Below are positions 60,347 to 64,000 of a stretch of DNA of 64,000 bases, in pieces (position 1 is the first letter of the stretch; the number at the start of each line of letters is the position of its first letter). The notes beneath the pieces were generated by a model. That model worked only from the letters and a program-made list of their open reading frames with translations, did not search any database and was not told the DNA's origin. Origin of the DNA: Harriotta raleighana (Eukaryota); assembly GCA_050575255.1 (NCBI GenBank), contig JBNZDD010013664.1:3599479-3663478 (forward strand), in the 5' to 3' direction. A program made the position numbers and the translations under genes.

Positions 60347-61919
60347 CTGAAACACCAGAGAAAGATTCCAGATACGAGGCCCGATCCGTTCACCCCCAGC
60401 ATATTCACCAAATGCCCCCGCTTTGTACAATATCATCGTTTTTCATTTTTGCAAACACTGACTATCCAGCACCTTGGGACATCCTCCCAACGTGAAAGGC
60501 GCTAAACAAATTCAAACATTATTCACATGGGCCAGAACAGAGTGAAGCTTCCACTACACTGTCCCAATACATGGAGTCCTGTAGAGTAGTGGTTAGTACA
60601 CTCACTGTGCAAACGTCAGGATCCATGTTCAAAGCCCAGTTAGGGTGAAATCTTAAGGCAACTTACTCCATGTGTTTCTTTCTGTTTACCTAGTAGTGAG
60701 TAGGAATTCTGTTATCAGTCGACGGATTGCTTTTCAAGGGCAATAATTCCTCAAAAAGCTCAATCACTTCACGATTCATGGGACATTGCATTGCGTAATT
60801 GGCTGCTGCATTTCACCCACAAAATATCGTCAATTCACTTTATAAAATAACGCATAAAGCGGTCTCAATGGTGTGATAATCTGCTATATCAAATGCAAGG
60901 ATTATTATTATTAATAGTTATTATTTACAATGGCCACAAAGCTTCCTCTATTGTTTCCCAATATCACAGGCAGGATTGGCTGAATGTCTCTATTTCTCCG
61001 AATACATGTCTAACACTGTTGACTCCTCTGTCGTTGCCATTGTCACCAGCCTTCCTCGTGGCTTTCCATAATAATAATGATCTTTGCATTTGATAAAGAG
61101 CATTACCACGTTGTTGAAAGGAGTCAAACGTGCTTCTGGGCATTTTACTATGAAGCAAAGTGACTGTATTTATAGGCAAATACAGGAGCCCATTTGTACA
61201 CAGCAATGTCTCACAAACAACCAGAAAATGACTAATCAATTCTATTTGGAGGATTGTTGGCCAGGCTACTAGGAGAGAGAAACTCCCTTCACTTTTTGAA
61301 TAGTGAAGCTTGGTTTAATTCCTCACTTGAAGGTCACTTTTTCTAACAATGTAACACAACCCCAGCACTATGTGGCTGTGTCACCCTAGATTGAAAGTTC
61401 AAAGACCCACAACATTTTGTCTCAAGAAGTGAGAGTGCTACCATCTAAGCCAGACTGACCTCAGAATTGAGTGAGATGATGGGAGAGGGATGCAATAGTA
61501 ATAATAATTCATGCATTTAATACAGCGCATTCCACGTCTTCTAGATGTGTTTCACGGAATATACTGTAAATATACGCAGCAGTATCCCACAAACAGCCGT
61601 GGATTGAAGTGACCGTTTTTTTTTGAGGGATTATTATTAGGCATGTGGAGTAAGGAAACTTGCTCAAGTTTTCACCCTGCCTGGAATCAAACCAAGGTCT
61701 CTCGCTTGTAAGGCGAGAGCTCTAATCATTGAATTACAGGACTTCATAATTGAGCTACAGGACTCCACGTGTGATGTAATGTGATGTTCCTAAGCATAAT
61801 TCATTCTTTGGGTTTCCAGAGATGATAATTAGGAACGATAACTGCTCTATGTCCCCTTTCCTGTCAGCAGGCTCTGGCTTGTTCTATGTCCCCCTATTCA
61901 GAACAAACCCATCTAGTTA

Positions 61920-62126
<207 letters not shown>

Positions 62127-62439
62127 TTAAAGCCAACTCAAGAGGATTTGTTGAGTTAAAAAGCTTAGTTAATGACTGGAGGAGACCATTTTTGAGTACA
62201 TCTCAATTGGCTTGTGATTATAGTTATGAAGTCCATTCCATTCTCATTCTGAGAATTTCCATGTGTAGGTGGCAAACATGCAACTCTTTCCCAGTTATCC
62301 TTCCTCTCCCAAATCTGGGTCCCTCACCAGCACTGCTTTCCTCCAGTTCAGCCACATTGCCCAATATAACCACAACAAAATTACATTTGTACAGGCCCTT
62401 TCATGTTGGGAGGACGCTGGTCCATGCTTTTATTAAGAT

Positions 62440-63812
62440 ACTGAGGATGGCAAAGTGCATTATAGAGAATGGAGGAGTGATATTAAAAGAGTGATAAGAC
62501 AGGCTAAAAGATCGCATGAGAAGAAGTTAGCGGGAAACATAAAGGGGAATCCTAAAATATTTTATAAGCACAGAAAGGAAAAAAGGTTAGTTAAAGGTAA
62601 GGTGGGGCCAATCAAAGATAATGACGGCAATCTTGTTGTGGAGGNNNNNNNNNNNNNNNNNNNNNNNNNNNNNNNNNNNNNNNNNNNNNNNNNNNNNNNN
62701 NNNNNNNNNNNNNNNNNNNNNNNNNNNNNNNNNNNNNNNNNNNNNNNNNNNNNNNNNNNNNNNNNNNNNNNNNNNNNNNNNNNNNNNNNNNNNNNNNNNN
62801 NNNNNNNNNNNNNNNNNNNNNNNNNNNNNNNNNNNNNNNNNNNNNNNNNNNNNNNNNNNNNNNNNNNNNNNNNNNNNNNNNNNNNNNNNNNNNNNNNNNN
62901 NNNNNNNNNNNNNNNNNNNNNNNNNNNNNNNNNNNNNNNNNNNNNNNNNNNNNNNNNNNNNNNNNNNNNNNNNNNNNNNNNNNNNNNNNNNNNNNNNNNN
63001 NNNNNNNNNNNNNNNNNNNNNNNNNNNNNNNNNNNNNNNNNNNNNNNNNNNNNNNNNNNNNNNNNNNNNNNNNNNNNNNNNNNNNNNNNNNNNNNNNNNN
63101 NNNNNNNNNNNNNNNNNNNNNNNNNNNNNNNNNNNNNNNNNNNNNNNNNNNNNNNNNNNNNNNNNNNNNNNNNNNNNNNNNNNNNNNNNNNNNNNNNNNN
63201 NNNNNNNNNNNNNNNNNNNNNNNNNNNNNNNNNNNNNNNNNNNNNNNNNNNNNNNNNNNNNNNNNNNNNNNNNNNNNNNNNNNNNNNNNNNNNNNNNNNN
63301 NNNNNNNNNNNNNNNNNNNNNNNNNNNNNNNNNNNNNNNNNNNNNNNNNNNNNNNNNNNNNNNNNNNNNNNNNNNNNNNNNNNNNNNNNNNNNNNNNNNN
63401 NNNNNNNNNNNNNNNNNNNNNNNNNNNNNNNNNNNNNNNNNNNNNNNNNNNNNNNNNNNNNNNNNNNNNNNNNNNNNNNNNNNNNNTGTTTCCGCTGGTA
63501 GGTGTGTCTGTGACCCGAGGTCACAGTCTTAAGATATCTACCAAAAGAAGCAGAGGGGAGGTTAGAAGAAATGTTTTCACTTAGTGAGTTGTTCGAATTT
63601 GGAATGATCTGAAAGGGTAGTGAGGTCCGATTCGATAGCAGCTTTTAAGAGAGAACTGGATAGGTATCTGGGGAAGACGGGTTTGCAGGGTTATGGGGAG
63701 AAAGCTGGTGATTGGGGTTAATGAAAGTAACATTGCTCTGTCAAAGAGCCGGCACAGACTCGATGGGCCGAATGGCCTCCTTCTGTGCTGTAACATTCTA
63801 TGAATCTATGAT
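62440..63812 (+). mobile_element. CR1 LINE spanning the N gap, in a PRRG3 intron
   Basis: IRQAKRSHEKKLAGNIKGNPKIFYK...VGPIKDNDG (CR1 ORF2), then 3' end gatgggccgaatggcctccttctgtgctg...tctatgaatctatgattct. Confidence 0.85.
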
Positions 63813-64000
63813 TCTACCTCTCGGCTGGACTACTCAACACCCTCCTCGCCCGTCTCCCCTCCTCCACCACCCACAAAATTCAGCTCATACAAAACTCCGC
63901 CACCCATATTCTCCTCCGCACTAAACTTCATGCTCCGATTACCCCAGTCCTTCCCAAACTGCACTCGCTCCCTGTCACAGAACGGATCAATTTCAAGTTC

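Noticed and set aside
59906-60505. 199-aa ORF on the + strand
   Set aside because: Antisense shadow of the GC-rich PRRG3 exon; no recognisable domain.
62455-63532. ORFs of more than 300 aa
   Set aside because: Length is due to the N gap; the real part is a CR1 ORF2 fragment.

Overview
Vertebrate genomic DNA rich in introns and repeats, with N gaps. The repeat content (a dominant tRNA-headed SINE with an L2-type tail, DeuSINE-type copies, CR1 and L2 LINE ends) suggests a cartilaginous fish, probably a chimaera such as Callorhinchus; this is inference. I built three gene models by reading splice sites and phases by hand. (1) SYTL4/granuphilin, + strand, 16 coding exons 6410-27952, about 705 aa. 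(2) An MFF-family gene at the FATE1 syntenic position, - strand, 7 coding exons 44984-32723, about 299 aa, with a CpG/E-box-rich promoter near 46.0-46.4 kb. (3) The last two coding exons of PRRG3/TMG3, - strand, 62107-59795; its start exon lies outside the window or in the gap. Most notable observations: the FATE1-position gene keeps the full MFF architecture; an orphan 69-nt exon sits in frame with it between PRRG3 and the MFF-like gene; an RPL23A mRNA fragment is embedded inside a SINE; the same hAT MITE sits twice at the identical site of a SINE; and there is a composite dimeric SINE/L2 element and a TA-flanked Tc1/mariner-type MITE family. Homology calls come from recalled protein sequences, not database searches. 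Repeat coordinates are approximate.
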